Positions 1-13,978 of a stretch of DNA of 64,000 bases are shown here, one piece after another. Each line of letters begins with the position of its first letter. Within the stretch, counting starts at the first letter, position 1. The notes below the pieces were generated by a model. That model searched no databases, was not told the DNA's origin, and saw only the letters and a program-made list of their open reading frames with translations. Source of the stretch: Eledone cirrhosa (taxonomy: Eukaryota); contig OZ024741.1 of assembly GCA_964016885.1 (NCBI GenBank), positions 9,300,001 through 9,364,000 on the forward strand, written 5' to 3'. A program made the position numbers and the translations under genes.

Positions 1-133
1 TAAGTTTATTCAAGTGTGACACTCGTTTCGCGATTGATCAGTTCAAGGTTCGATCTCTATCGATCGGGACCGATCGGGACTGAGTGGAATCAAAAGCTCA
101 TCGGACGTCTGTTTGTTTTATCCCAACACTTTA

Positions 134-165
<32 letters not shown>

Positions 166-454
166 ACGCACACATACATATATGTATGTATATGATAAAT
201 ATGATAAATACATCTGCAACTCGATATCGAGTAATGCCATCACTTGATACTTAAGCATGAGGATCACAGACGTGGTTTTTGAGTCCAGCTAGGGACTTGC
301 TTGTGGCCAGCAATACCAGGTATCGCAAAAGAATGTTACATATCATCGAATGCATTTACCCCAAAAAGTAAAACTGGTCAACATCACTGGATGTAAATGA
401 AGTCACAGGTTTGATATCAGTGTAACCTTCTCCCAGAGAGATATCTTAATGAAG

Positions 455-514
<60 letters not shown>

Positions 515-518
515 TATG

Positions 519-552
<34 letters not shown>

Positions 553-575
553 CACATATATACATATATATATAC

Positions 576-608
<33 letters not shown>

Positions 609-656
609 ATATGTATACATATATATATATTATGTTTATATTTATATAATATATAT

Positions 657-743
<87 letters not shown>

Positions 744-744
<1 letters not shown>

Positions 745-890
745 TTAGGTTTGTTGGTTCACCACCGGATAGAATTGATCATAGTATATTTCATCATTGA
801 TCATGATGAAATGATCAATGATGAAATGATCATAGTATAATAAACTTTTCAAGGATTTACACCAGTCCAGCCTCCTGTTATTTTATTCAT
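744..890. mobile_element. Family A Penelope-like terminal-repeat fragment (rearranged; retains 3' half of HHR)
   Basis: Shares TTTAGGTTTGTTGGTTCACCAC and CAAGGATTTACACCAGTCCAGCCT with 31102-31341 and 46630-47000. Contains GAAATGATCATAGTAT, the stem III/cleavage half of the 46682-46739 HHR. Flanked by (TA)n. Confidence 0.6.
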
Positions 891-899
891 TATATATAT

Positions 900-963
900 A
901 TAGGTAAAATTATGACCCCGACGGCAGAGCTCAAGCCGTTTCGACGGCTATTTCTGGACTAAA
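900..963. mobile_element. Family B element fragment
   Basis: TATGACCCCGACGGCAGAGCTCAAGCCGTTTCGACGGCTATTTCTGGACT nearly identical to 38287-38336; embedded in (TA)n. Confidence 0.6.
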
Positions 964-1053
964 TATATATATATATATATAAAAGATATATATATATATA
1001 TACACACACACATATATATATTATATATTTATATTATATATCATATATATATT

Positions 1054-1173
<120 letters not shown>

Positions 1174-1178
1174 TATAC

Positions 1179-1209
<31 letters not shown>

Positions 1210-1220
1210 CATATATATAC

Positions 1221-1284
<64 letters not shown>

Positions 1285-1291
1285 GTATATA

Positions 1292-1446
<155 letters not shown>

Positions 1447-2100
1447 GTGTGTGTGTGTGTGTTGATATATATATATAAAGGAGAGAGAGATGAGGGAGAG
1501 AAGGTAGAAACAGTGATAGAATAGAGAGAAATATGGCGAGAGATGGCGGGAAAACTGTTAATTGAAGAGAAATCGATAGGTTACAGATTGTATTAAAAAT
1601 AATCAGGATTTATTTTTGCATGAGTCAAGACACTGTATTACTTACATCTATTGATCTGATCGATCTAGCTATTAGCAATCATAAAATTGATTTGCTGGCT
1701 TTTGCAGAGTTTGATCTTTAAAACAGTAATAAACGGACATAGGTTAGGTAGCACTAAATATCGATTACGTTATTCTCTGTATGTGTGGCTAACTGATCGA
1801 TCACACAACGATTTCTTTCTGAGCTTTATAAATACATGTGTATATAGAATAATAATAGCATGATTTATGAACAGATTTATGTATGTATGTATGTATGTAT
1901 GTATGTATGTATGTATGTATGTATGTATGTATGTATGTATATATGTCTGTATGTATGTATGTTAGTATGTATATATGTATGTATATATGTATTTACGTAT
2001 GTATATATGTATGTGCGTATGTATGTATGTATCTATGTATGTATGTATGTGCATATGTATGTATAATATATATTTATAAATATATATATATATATATATA

Positions 2101-2143
<43 letters not shown>

Positions 2144-2201
2144 ATATATATATATAAACATATATATATATATATATATAAACATATATATATATATAAA
2201 C

Positions 2202-2236
<35 letters not shown>

Positions 2237-3011
2237 CATATATATCTCATAAACCTTAATTATTTAACTACTTCCGCTAAAGACGGTGTTGGTCTCTAAC
2301 AAAGAAACACAATTCCATCACAGGACTTTGGATAACATTTTATGCTGAACGTTAAAGATATTTGCATATTTTATATTTACATATTTTACATTTGCATATT
2401 ATATATTTGCATATTTTATATTTCCTCTTACTGATTGTATTAGTAAAACCTCAGCTGATTGAGATTTTCACTTAGACACTTGCTAAGGTAACCAAATCAT
2501 TTGTTGGTTATAGTGGGATGGCGCCCAGACGGGAGAACCCCTTTGCTGTTCAAGGGGAATACGTTTCTATTATGTGGCTTCACATGTTACAAAACATACT
2601 CCACCCCTAGCCTTCTCGCTTCAGTGACAAACCCAGAAGAGCGGAAGATATCCAAATACTGAGACTTGACTCACCACTACCGGGTCACCATGGAGAACTC
2701 CGGTATCTTCTGTCTCAGAACCACTGTTTTCCTCCTTGAGAGGAGTGCATTCCACCTGATGAAGAATTGCTGTAAAGTAGAGTGGTTGTAGACCACGGCA
2801 ATGCTTTGTCAACGGGATGCGGCATTAACAAGTTTCCTTTACATGCATTAGATTCTTATTGTGTATCGACCTGTTACGCGCGTTTCGCAGAAGATTGGTT
2901 CAAGGTCGCCCATGGGCGTTATGGACCCGACTCCATTATCTATTTGATCTTCAGACTGGCGATGTGACAAAAATACATAAATCTAATACATATAATGGAA
3001 ACTTCCTCGTT

Positions 3012-3045
<34 letters not shown>

Positions 3046-3250
3046 GTATATATATATATATAGTGGTAGAACACTGGAAGGTAAAATCCGTAGTGGTAGA
3101 GCACTCAGTCCATGGGATGAGTCAAGTAGAAGTGGTTACACAACAGTTAGTTCACCATACCGACAACAATTGTTTCACCTTAGCGGATCCTCAGCTCATA
3201 ATGGCATGGAAGGAAGGACAACTGTACGGTTGTCCTTCCTGTTCCTATAA

Positions 3251-3383
3251 CCATGCCCATTATGGTCTGAGTTCAAATCCCGCCGAGGTTAACTTTGCCT
3301 CTCATCCTTACGGGGTCGATAAAATAAAGTACCTGTAATGCACTGGGTAATTGCTGGCCTTGTGTCAAAAGTAGAAACAATTA
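3251..3383 (+). mobile_element. tRNA-derived SINE family 1, 5'-truncated
   Basis: B-box-like GAGTTCAAATCC followed by CGCCGAGGTTAACTTTGCCT..CATCCTTACGGGGTCGATAAAATAAAGTACC; matches copies at 4252, 18235, 29652, 29902 and 43632. Confidence 0.75.
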
Positions 3384-3439
3384 TTATATATATTATATAT
3401 TTATATATATATATATGTTCGTAGGTGCAACGTGTGGTG

Positions 3440-3700
3440 GGCCTCCGTCACTTATGATGACTTGTGTTCTATTTGCTGGATTAACGTAACAGCCTGCTCA
3501 TGACCCTAACTTGCAAGTGAGCATACCAGAGAGACACCTCCCGTTAACGAGATTTAGTGAGACACTGTGTGACAATCTGTTCCTTTGAATTACAGGTGCA
3601 ACTTATATTTGTCATCTGAAATTACTGGGGGGGGGGGGGGGTGAAGTGTTTTGTTGAAGAAGAAAATGCGGTGCTGGGACTCCAAATGGTGACCTGACAA
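3440..3700 (-). mobile_element. SINE family 3, diverged copy
   Basis: Reverse complement aligns loosely by eye with 28480-28728 (…GACGGAG end, ACTTGCA, TGTCACA, AATTCAAAGG motifs). Confidence 0.5.
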
Positions 3701-3926
3701 CCGGAGGGTTCACAACATTGTCGAGGAAATTATTCATTTATCAAGGTGTTTCCCAACAAGCCTTTCTTTTTCTCCCCTCATTCTTTCTCTCTCTGGCTTT
3801 CATTCTCTCCCTCTCTGTCTTTCTTTCTCTTTCTCCCCTCTCTCTCTCTCTCTCTCTGTTTCTCTCTCCTTTGTGTTTTCTTTCTATATCTCTTTTATCT
3901 CCATCGATTTCTTTATCATTCTCTCT

Positions 3927-3990
<64 letters not shown>

Positions 3991-4004
3991 GAAGGAGAGA
4001 GATA

Positions 4005-4037
<33 letters not shown>

Positions 4038-4251
4038 CTAGATATAGAGAGAAAGTGAGAAGGAGATATTGAGGGAAAGAAATCCCCCCTATCACTAGAC
4101 TCTTACTTTTTTTATGAACTTCAAAAAAACTGAAAAGTAAAGTTGACCTCTGTCAATTCCGAGTATAGAAGGTCGGAACTATTGCCACAATATCTGCCGT
4201 CCTTCTCTACCCCGCCGCCTTCTGGATTTCAAGGAAATTCCTATTTAACAA

Positions 4252-4370
4252 ATAATTGTTTCTACTTTTTAGCACAAGGCCAGCAAAATACCCAGTACAT
4301 TACTGGTACTTTATTTTATCGACCCCGTAAGGATGAAAGCAAAGTCAACCTCGGCGGGATTTGAACTCAG
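4252..4370 (-). mobile_element. tRNA-derived SINE family 1
   Basis: GCACAAGGCCAGCAA…ACTGGTACTTTATTTTATCGACCCCGTAAGGATGAAAG…CCTCGGCGGGATTTGAACTCAG; reverse complement of the 3251 copy. Confidence 0.75.
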
Positions 4371-4407
4371 ATCGTCTTTAGATAAAAATAACAGGTCCAT
4401 TCATGTT

Positions 4408-4501
<94 letters not shown>

Positions 4502-4678
4502 TGCATATATACATACACACATACATACATACGGATATACATACATATACAAACACATACATACACATATATACATACATACACATATATACATACATAC
4601 ATATATACATACAAACATACATATATGTATACATACATATACACACACATACATACATATATATACATACATACATAC

Positions 4679-5066
4679 ATGGTGACTGCCAACTCGTTTT
4701 CGAGTACGGCCACTACTTTATATCCATGTAGGAGAACCCCTACCGATGCACTGAACGAGTGTGACTTTTTAGTCCAGCCAGCGACTTGAAAACTCTGGTA
4801 CAAACACTACACTTGTGACAATTACTGACAGATAGTGCTGGGCCCATGGTACCATGTGACGACAAGTGCAGAGAGATCTCCAGATATAAAGCAATGCCTG
4901 TGCCGTGAAGCTTTTATAGTGAGCAAAGGCACTGCACAAAGCCAGTCCCACTCTCTTAACCAAGATGATATTTACCAAAAAGAAGAACAAGTCAACATCA
5001 TTGGATACCATCAGAGTTGCAGGTGTTATATCAGAGAATTCTGCCTTTACAGAGGCTAAGGGGTCA
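4679..5066 (-). mobile_element. Dispersed repeat, probable LINE (RTE-like) 5' region, copy 1
   Basis: Highly similar to 18725-19128 (the ORF track gives near-identical translations at 4835 and 18881). LINE identity and strand are inferred. Confidence 0.55.
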
Positions 5067-5220
5067 TGTATGTATGTCACCGGGAGACATACATACATGC
5101 ATATATACATACATACATATATGTATACATACATATACACACATATACATACATATATATACATACATACATAACCATCAACATCAAAGTGCCTTCAACG
5201 ATAGTAAATATACTAAGAAA

Positions 5221-5885
5221 GTGTATATAGAAACATGTATATATAATAGACACATGTGTATATAATAGAAACATGTGTATATAGAAGCATGTGTATATAG
5301 AAGCGTGTATATAGAAACATGCGTATATAGAAACATATGTATATAGAAACATGTGTATATAGAAACATGTATATATAGAAACATGTATATGCAGAAACAT
5401 GTGTTTATAGAAACATGTATATATAAAAACATGTGTATATAGAAACATGTATATCTAGAAATATGGATATATAGAAACATGTATATATAGAAACATGTAT
5501 ATAGAGAGACATGTGTATATAGAAACATGTGTATATAATAGAAACATGTGTTTATAGAAACGTGTTTATAGAAACATGTGTATATAGAAACATGTATATA
5601 TAGAAACATGTATATATAGAAACATGTATATATAGAAACATGTGTATATAGAAACATGTATATATAGAAACATGTATATATAGAAACATGTATATATAGA
5701 AACATGTGTATATAGAAACGTGTTTATAGAAACATGTGTATATAATAGAAATATGTATATATAGAAACATGTATATATAGAAACATGTGTATATAGAAAC
5801 ATGTATATATAGAAACGTGTTTATAGAAACATGTGTATGTGTGTAGAAATACTTCTACACACGTGTGTATATAGAAACATGTGTA
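5221..5885. repeat. Minisatellite, ~18-21 bp unit (ATAGAAACATGTGTAT core)
   Basis: More than 30 tandem TAGAAACATG units. Confidence 0.9.
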
Positions 5886-6289
5886 CAGAGATACTTCAAA
5901 ATATATAGATCCACAGCTGCAATGACATCCATACATACTTGTACATAATCTCACAGACATACTCTCGGATCTCGAATAATCGTCCCCACCCCCCGGTCAT
6001 TCATTTTTCAACCCCCGCCCCACCGCTTATAACATTTTCCTAATCTATCCCCGGCCAAATCTTTCTTTATACCTTAAGAAACATTACACATGAATAACAA
6101 ATGTACATTGCTAGGAATCAACTCCCCGCTTATCACTTCCGCTTATTCGAACACCCCTATAATTGGGGATCCGAGAGTAATTACTTCAGTGTTTACACAG
6201 TTCCAATGAAGACCCCTTATCCCTAGATTAGAACCCACGCCTTTCTCACGAAACAAAATAACTAAAAGAAAATATATATAAAAACAGGG

Positions 6290-6440
6290 AATATTTCTAC
6301 TTAGCACAAGGGTAACAATTTGAGGGGAAGAGGAAATCAACTAAATCGACCCTAGTGCGTTACTGGTACATTAGTTTATCGACTCTGTAAGGAGGAAAGG
6401 TAAAGCACTCTTCGGTGGGATTTGAACAGAGAATGTAAAG
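6290..6440 (-). mobile_element. SINE family 1, older diverged copy
   Basis: GCACAAGG…ACTGGTAC…TTTATCGACTCTGTAAGGAGGAAAGG…TTCGGTGGGATTTGAAC, with an extra internal segment. Confidence 0.6.
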
Positions 6441-6665
6441 GGTATATTTGTGGAACATACCAAATATATAGGCCCTGATAGAGATATAGGCCCTGGTAGA
6501 GATGTTTGAGAGAAACAATAGAGTCAGATGACAGCTGCTACACAGATGGTTATTTTAGAAAACCACTGAGGACGAATATATATAGTTTTACGGACTACTG
6601 CTTCGGAACCTACTATTTCACTGCCAAGACTATAGACACACACTCACACAAACATATATATATGC

Positions 6666-6882
<217 letters not shown>

Positions 6883-6987
6883 AATAAAAATGCTAGAGTG
6901 TGTTGGAGTTAAACACCCTCTTCCTATTATAGAAATGACAGTAAAGATATAGCTCAATGTAATTAAACAGAGCCGAAGAATTATGAA

Positions 6988-7416
6988 AATAAATCAAAGC
7001 CTTCAATACATCAAAAGTCTTTATTAGCCAACAATGTTTCGTCCTATTAAGGACTCATCAGGGCAAGTAAAGCTATAAGAAGCACTATCGGCCAATACAA
7101 GCCAAAAACTCTGAAGAATATGGAGTATACATACATTAAAGCATAGGAAAATTATCAAGTAAAAATTGCTAAGAAAGTGAATAACATTTTGAACCCATAT
7201 TACAAATATAGTACAATGCAAAAACTAAAACTAAACACAAGTGGTGATATAAAGCGAGAATTACAGTACGATATATAATATAATATAATATAATATAATA
7301 TAATATAATATAATATAATATAATATAATATAATATAATATAATATAATATTAATAGGACGAAACATTGTTGGCTAATAAAGACTTTTGATGTATTGAAG
7401 GCTTCTTTGATTTATT
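6988..7416. mobile_element. HHR-bearing element with inverted terminal copy (Penelope-like pLTR architecture)
   Basis: 6988-7050 is the reverse complement of 7351-7416 (one small indel); a (TAA)n tract at ~7275-7350 precedes the inverted arm. Confidence 0.65.
7027..7064 (-). ncRNA. Minimal type I hammerhead ribozyme motif
   Basis: Minus strand: GCC-CTGATGA-GTCC(TTAATA)GGAC-GAAA-C(ATT)G-TT^-GGC. Exact core, 4-bp stem II, 3-bp stem I, minimal stem III, GUU triplet. Confidence 0.7.
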
Positions 7417-7459
7417 ATCATAATATATATATATATGTGTATATATATATATGTGTGTA

Positions 7460-7510
<51 letters not shown>

Positions 7511-7555
7511 CTGTGTGTGTGTGTACATATACACACACACATATATGTGTATGTA

Positions 7556-7627
<72 letters not shown>

Positions 7628-7637
7628 CGTGTGTATG

Positions 7638-7668
<31 letters not shown>

Positions 7669-7673
7669 GTGTG

Positions 7674-7705
<32 letters not shown>

Positions 7706-7781
7706 CGTATACACACACATATATATATATGTAAATATATATATATATGTGTGTACTTATACACACATCCACATATATAGG

Positions 7782-7824
<43 letters not shown>

Positions 7825-7825
7825 C

Positions 7826-8072
<247 letters not shown>

Positions 8073-8145
8073 AATGCCTCGGCGCACGGCGGCTGAGCTC
8101 TTGCCGTTTCAACAGTTCGACCCACATATATACATGTAAATACAC

Positions 8146-8430
8146 ATGGCCTAGTGGTTAGAGCATTGGACTTACAATCATGTGGTTGCTAGTTCGATTC
8201 CTTGAGGAATCATTTTATTCCACATTGTTCCAGTTCACTCAACTGTAGAAGTGAGCTGTGACGTCACCGGTGCCAAGCTGTATTGGTCATTGCCTTACCA
8301 TTGGACAACATGGTTGGTGTGGAGAGAGAGGGGGTAGATACGGGTGACTGTGGGTCTTCCACAAACAAGACTTGTGTCTCGGAGGGGAACGTTCTAGGTG
8401 AAAATCCTATGGTCAAATGAGGAGGCCTTT
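8146..8430 (+). mobile_element. tRNA-derived SINE family 2
   Basis: A-box TGGCCTAGTGG and B-box GTTCGATTCC at tRNA-like spacing, followed by a non-tRNA body; no complete cloverleaf. Confidence 0.65.
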
Positions 8431-8992
8431 TCCAAACATATATTTATATGGACACTTCCATCGTAAACGACAGAAGTGTGTTAGACATCTAATGTGTATT
8501 TACCGAACATTGGTCACTTGTCCGTGTCATACAACACATTCACACCCTCTCACCGGTGACCCCCACCATTCCTGCTTGGTGACCAGGGTGATATTTGGAC
8601 ACACAGTCAGCTGAAAAACAAATCCTATTGCCCGCGGAAATGCCATTGCAGATTTGTCCCTGGGGTGCAGCCGAAACACCGACCCAACATAGGTGTAGAA
8701 TCTGTCTCACTCTCCCCTCCCTATCTTCCATGGTCCCATAGTCCTTATTTTTCTCTCCCCTTTACTCGCATTTATAGTCCGATACAGCCATTGCTTTTTC
8801 TTTTTTGTTTGTTCATGTTTCCATCATAAAATATAGTTGACATTGATAAACTTATTAACAATCTTTAAAAAAAACCGACGGAGGATCTCTGCAGATGGAA
8901 ATATTTTATCACAAAAGACTGAGACACATATATTTATATATTTATATATATATGATGGGCTTCCACAACATTTCCGTCTACCATGTTTTAAT

Positions 8993-9124
<132 letters not shown>

Positions 9125-9129
9125 AAATA

Positions 9130-9444
<315 letters not shown>

Positions 9445-9469
9445 TATATATAATATATTTATATATAAT

Positions 9470-9577
<108 letters not shown>

Positions 9578-9651
9578 ATATTATATATATATATATATAT
9601 TTATATATATAATATATATATATATATTTATATATATAATATATATATATA

Positions 9652-9737
<86 letters not shown>

Positions 9738-10137
9738 ATTATATATAAATATATTATATATATATATGCCCCGAAATCAATAGAGGAACCTGCGAGGTTA
9801 GAGTCAGGTTCGATCCACACACAGATCGCCCCCCGCGCTGTTCGCCGGGGAAACAATTGTAACACAATAAATTGACTTCCGATGCATCACTGATTTTTCG
9901 TTTTCCTTTCCATATATATATACATATTTGCGTGTGTGTGTGAGGGAATATATGAAATGTTATATGAATAGGTCGTCAGATAGATAGATAGATAGATAAA
10001 TAGGGATTTCGGCTGGTTTGCCAGGTAAGTGACCCGGTTGATCAGAGATCTACAAGGGAAACGAAACAAATATATCGTTGAAGAAACACGATAGCCATTT
10101 GTGACACACACATCCACATCCACGCTCACATATATAT

Positions 10138-10246
<109 letters not shown>

Positions 10247-10959
10247 ATTATTATTATTATTATTACTTTCAAAGTAAAGGGTGTCATGAATGATACAAAA
10301 TCAAACACATCTTGTCTCTAAAAACAGCTTCAGATAGAATTCAGAGAATAAAATATATTTGATCGTTATCAGGTATTTTCTTTTAAACTTGTTATTAAAT
10401 TTAATAAGATACTCAACGAATTATGTAGTCTTACTTTCAGTGTAGATTGTCTCTAACTTTTGATATGTCTTAGTGCACACTTATGTGTGTATGAATATAT
10501 CTAAATCTTATAATGAACATATATGTGTGTATATATATATATGTTCACTTCGCGCTATGTTGTGAAATTATTGTATACTTCACCCTATATCATATACATG
10601 CACACAACGCACACAGTCACACACACGCAGTCACACACACACGCACATGCATGCACACACACGCACACGCATGCACACACACGCACACGCATGCACACAC
10701 GCACATGCATTCACACACACCTGCACGCACATACAATATATACATATAAAAATGGCTTCTACAGGACTAGAACAGTTTCATTCGAAGGAAATCATCTATA
10801 TATATGTATATATATGTCTGTGTGTGTGTGTGTGTGTGTGTAGGGGGTTTATATATATATATATATATATAGATAGATAGATCTACCAACTCATAATAAT
10901 ATAATATTATAAAATTAAATCAAATTGTTTAGAACAAACAAGTGGAGTCGTTCTTCTCC

Positions 10960-11003
<44 letters not shown>

Positions 11004-11005
<2 letters not shown>

Positions 11006-11088
11006 CTCTACGGTTCTTATATCTTTGATATATATTTATCCTTATCGAGCCCTCTTTGGATTTTAGTCTTCAAATTTATTATTATTAC

Positions 11089-11093
<5 letters not shown>
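11004..11093 (+). mobile_element. Family D element 3' fragment
   Basis: TGCTCTACGGTTCTTAT…CTTATCGAGCCCTCTTTGGATTTTAGTCTTCAAATTTATTATTATTACTAT; also at 17888-18012 (-), 38424-38578 and 47677-47750 (-). Confidence 0.65.
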
Positions 11094-11164
<71 letters not shown>

Positions 11165-11588
11165 GTAATAATAATAAATTTGAAGAAATTTATTATTATA
11201 AATGCATGTATGGCATAAATTCAGGCTGTTCAGTTTGTTTACAAACGAACAAAGCGACGTTATAATAAGCGCCGCTAAACTGATATGTGCATATATGTAT
11301 GTGTACCTGTATGCATATGTATATATATATGTATATATATATATATATGTGCATGCTACTGTACGTCTGTATACATATATGTATGTACGTATACATGCAT
11401 ACTTACATTTAAGTAAGTGCCATACTAAGAGTGAGAAATGAAATTTCGTTTTCATTTTGTTTCAATTTATCGTTTTCGGTATGCCTGACCGATTTAACTC
11501 ACTCAATATGCAAATTAGGCTGCTCAGCCGTTAATTTTCATAAGGAAAGTATATACTTTCGAACGTTCAACTATCTGGCAGATGGGTA

Positions 11589-11633
11589 AACGGTGCTGAT
11601 GATAGCTAACAAGCTTGAAACTAGTACATCGTT
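11589..11633 (+). ncRNA. Type I hammerhead ribozyme, array unit 1
   Basis: AACGGTG-CTGATGA-T-AGCT(AACA)AGCT-T-GAAA-CTAG-TA^-CATCGTT. 7-bp stem I (one G-U), stem II, palindromic stem III ACTAGT, GUA site after 11626. Confidence 0.85.
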
Positions 11634-12060
11634 CCTGTGTCAGTGTTGAACAAAAAGGTGACGTGGTTGCCTTAACACCGTATGGCATAAATTCAGGCTG
11701 TTCAGTTTGTTTACAAACGAACAAAGCGACGTTATAATAAGCGCCGCTAAACTGATATGTGCATATATGTATGTGTACCTGTATGCATATGTATATATAT
11801 ATGTATATATATATATATATGTGCATGCTACTGTACGTCTGTATACATATATGTATGTACGTATACATGCATACTTACATTTAAGTAAGTGCCATACTAA
11901 GAGTGAGAAATGAAATTTCGTTTTCATTTTGTTTCAATTTATCGTTTTCGGTATGCCTGACCGATTTAACTCACTCAATATGCAAATTAGGCTGCTCAGC
12001 CGTTAATTTTCATAAGGAAAGTATATACTTTCGAACGTTCAACTATCTGGCAGATGGGTA

Positions 12061-12105
12061 AACGGTGCTGATGATAGCTAACAAGCTTGAAACTAGTACA
12101 TCGTT
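12061..12105 (+). ncRNA. Type I hammerhead ribozyme, array unit 2
   Basis: Identical to 11589-11633. Confidence 0.85.
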
Positions 12106-12532
12106 CCTGTGTCAGTGTTGAACAAAAAGGTGACGTGGTTGCCTTAACACCGTATGGCATAAATTCAGGCTGTTCAGTTTGTTTACAAACGAACAAAGCG
12201 ACGTTATAATAAGCGCCGCTAAACTGATATGTGCATATATGTATGTGTACCTGTATGCATATGTATATATATATGTATATATATATATATATGTGCATGC
12301 TACTGTACGTCTGTATACATATATGTATGTACGTATACATGCATACTTACATTTAAGTAAGTGCCATACTAAGAGTGAGAAATGAAATTTCGTTTTCATT
12401 TTGTTTCAATTTATCGTTTTCGGTATGCCTGACCGATTTAACTCACTCAATATGCAAATTAGGCTGCTCAGCCGTTAATTTTCATAAGGAAAGTATATAC
12501 TTTCGAACGTTCAACTATCTGGCAGATGGGTA

Positions 12533-12577
12533 AACGGTGCTGATGATAGCTAACAAGCTTGAAACTAGTACATCGTT
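12533..12577 (+). ncRNA. Type I hammerhead ribozyme, array unit 3
   Basis: Identical to 11589-11633. Confidence 0.85.
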
Positions 12578-12883
12578 CCTGTGTCAGTGTTGAACAAAAA
12601 GGTGACGTGGTTGCCTTAACACCGTATGGCATAAATTCAGGCTGTTCAGTTTGTTTACAAACGAACAAAGCGACGTTATAATAAGCGCCGCTAAACTGAT
12701 ATGTGCATATATGTATGTGTACCTGTATGCATATGTATATATATATGTATATATATATATATATGTGCATGCTACTGTACGTCTGTATACATATATGTAT
12801 GTACGTATACATGCATACTTACATTTAAGTAAGTGCCATACTAAGAGTGAGAAATGAAATTTCGTTTTCATTTTGTTTCAATT

Positions 12884-12952
<69 letters not shown>

Positions 12953-13012
12953 ATATTTATACATATATATATATATATATATTTATACATATATATATAT
13001 ATATATTTATAC

Positions 13013-13062
<50 letters not shown>

Positions 13063-13075
13063 ATATTTATACATG

Positions 13076-13110
<35 letters not shown>

Positions 13111-13123
13111 ATATTTATACATG

Positions 13124-13154
<31 letters not shown>

Positions 13155-13158
13155 ATTT

Positions 13159-13199
<41 letters not shown>

Positions 13200-13258
13200 C
13201 AGATATATATATATGTGTATATATATATGTATATTTGGATGTGCTTGAATACATATGG

Positions 13259-13289
<31 letters not shown>

Positions 13290-13569
13290 CTCATATATTT
13301 AAATATACGTATGTGCATACACACGCACACACACACACAGATATATATATATATATATATATATACATACGTATAGATATACATATGTATGTTTACGTAT
13401 ATATTTAAATATATATTTAAATATATATATATATATATATATATGTAGATAAATCTACCAAGAGTTTACGGTAGTGTCCAATCCGTATGAAGAACTCAAT
13501 GTATTCCGGATATCATGGAAAGAAGAGATGTAATGAAAAATCACTTTCGGTGTTTAATACTTTTGTTTA

Positions 13570-13617
<48 letters not shown>

Positions 13618-13933
13618 AATATATATGTATGTAGTTTTCTGTGCCTCTCTTCGTGTATCATTAATTTTGATATTATTATTATTTTAGTAATATTAGAAGT
13701 ATCATCATCATCATCATCATCATCATTTTCTGTTTGTTTTGTTTTTGACACATGTGTGTTTGTGCTAGGTTTCTATGAAGTGCCATCTTGCAAGTCGTTC
13801 TACAATCACGTCTCTACAATATTGTCTTCTGATCAACTGCAGTGATTGCCTCATTCAAGTGGAGATCTGCCACAACGTCATTGTCACCTACCCCCCCCCC
13901 CCTCCTCTCTCTCTCTGTCACTTTCTCTCTCTT

Positions 13934-13978
<45 letters not shown>

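Larger units (their letters stand above)
11208..12886 (+). mobile_element. 472-bp tandem array (~3.56 copies), one HHR per unit: non-LTR retrozyme-like
   Basis: GTATGGCATAAATTCAGG starts at 11208, 11680, 12152 and 12624. The ORF track repeats identically at 472-bp offsets. The array ends in (TA)n. Confidence 0.85.

Noticed and set aside
8-108. Possible minus-strand HHR (CCGATGA…GAAAC with a stem III-like hairpin)
   Set aside because: Core mismatch, no UH cleavage site and no stem I pairing.
8146-8202. tRNA gene
   Set aside because: A and B boxes are present, but there is no acceptor stem and it continues into a SINE body.
8540-8760. Possible LINE ORF1 remnant on the minus strand (also 2500-3240)
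   Set aside because: Only a vague resemblance, with frameshifts; cannot be supported without a homology search.
9822-9866. HHR-like 3' half GAAA-CAATTG-TA
   Set aside because: No CUGANGA upstream (CAGATCG) and no stem I.
11524-12871. Repeated 114/95/68-aa ORFs in the 472-bp array
   Set aside because: They cross the internal TA tract and show no protein-like features; they only reflect the tandem repeat.
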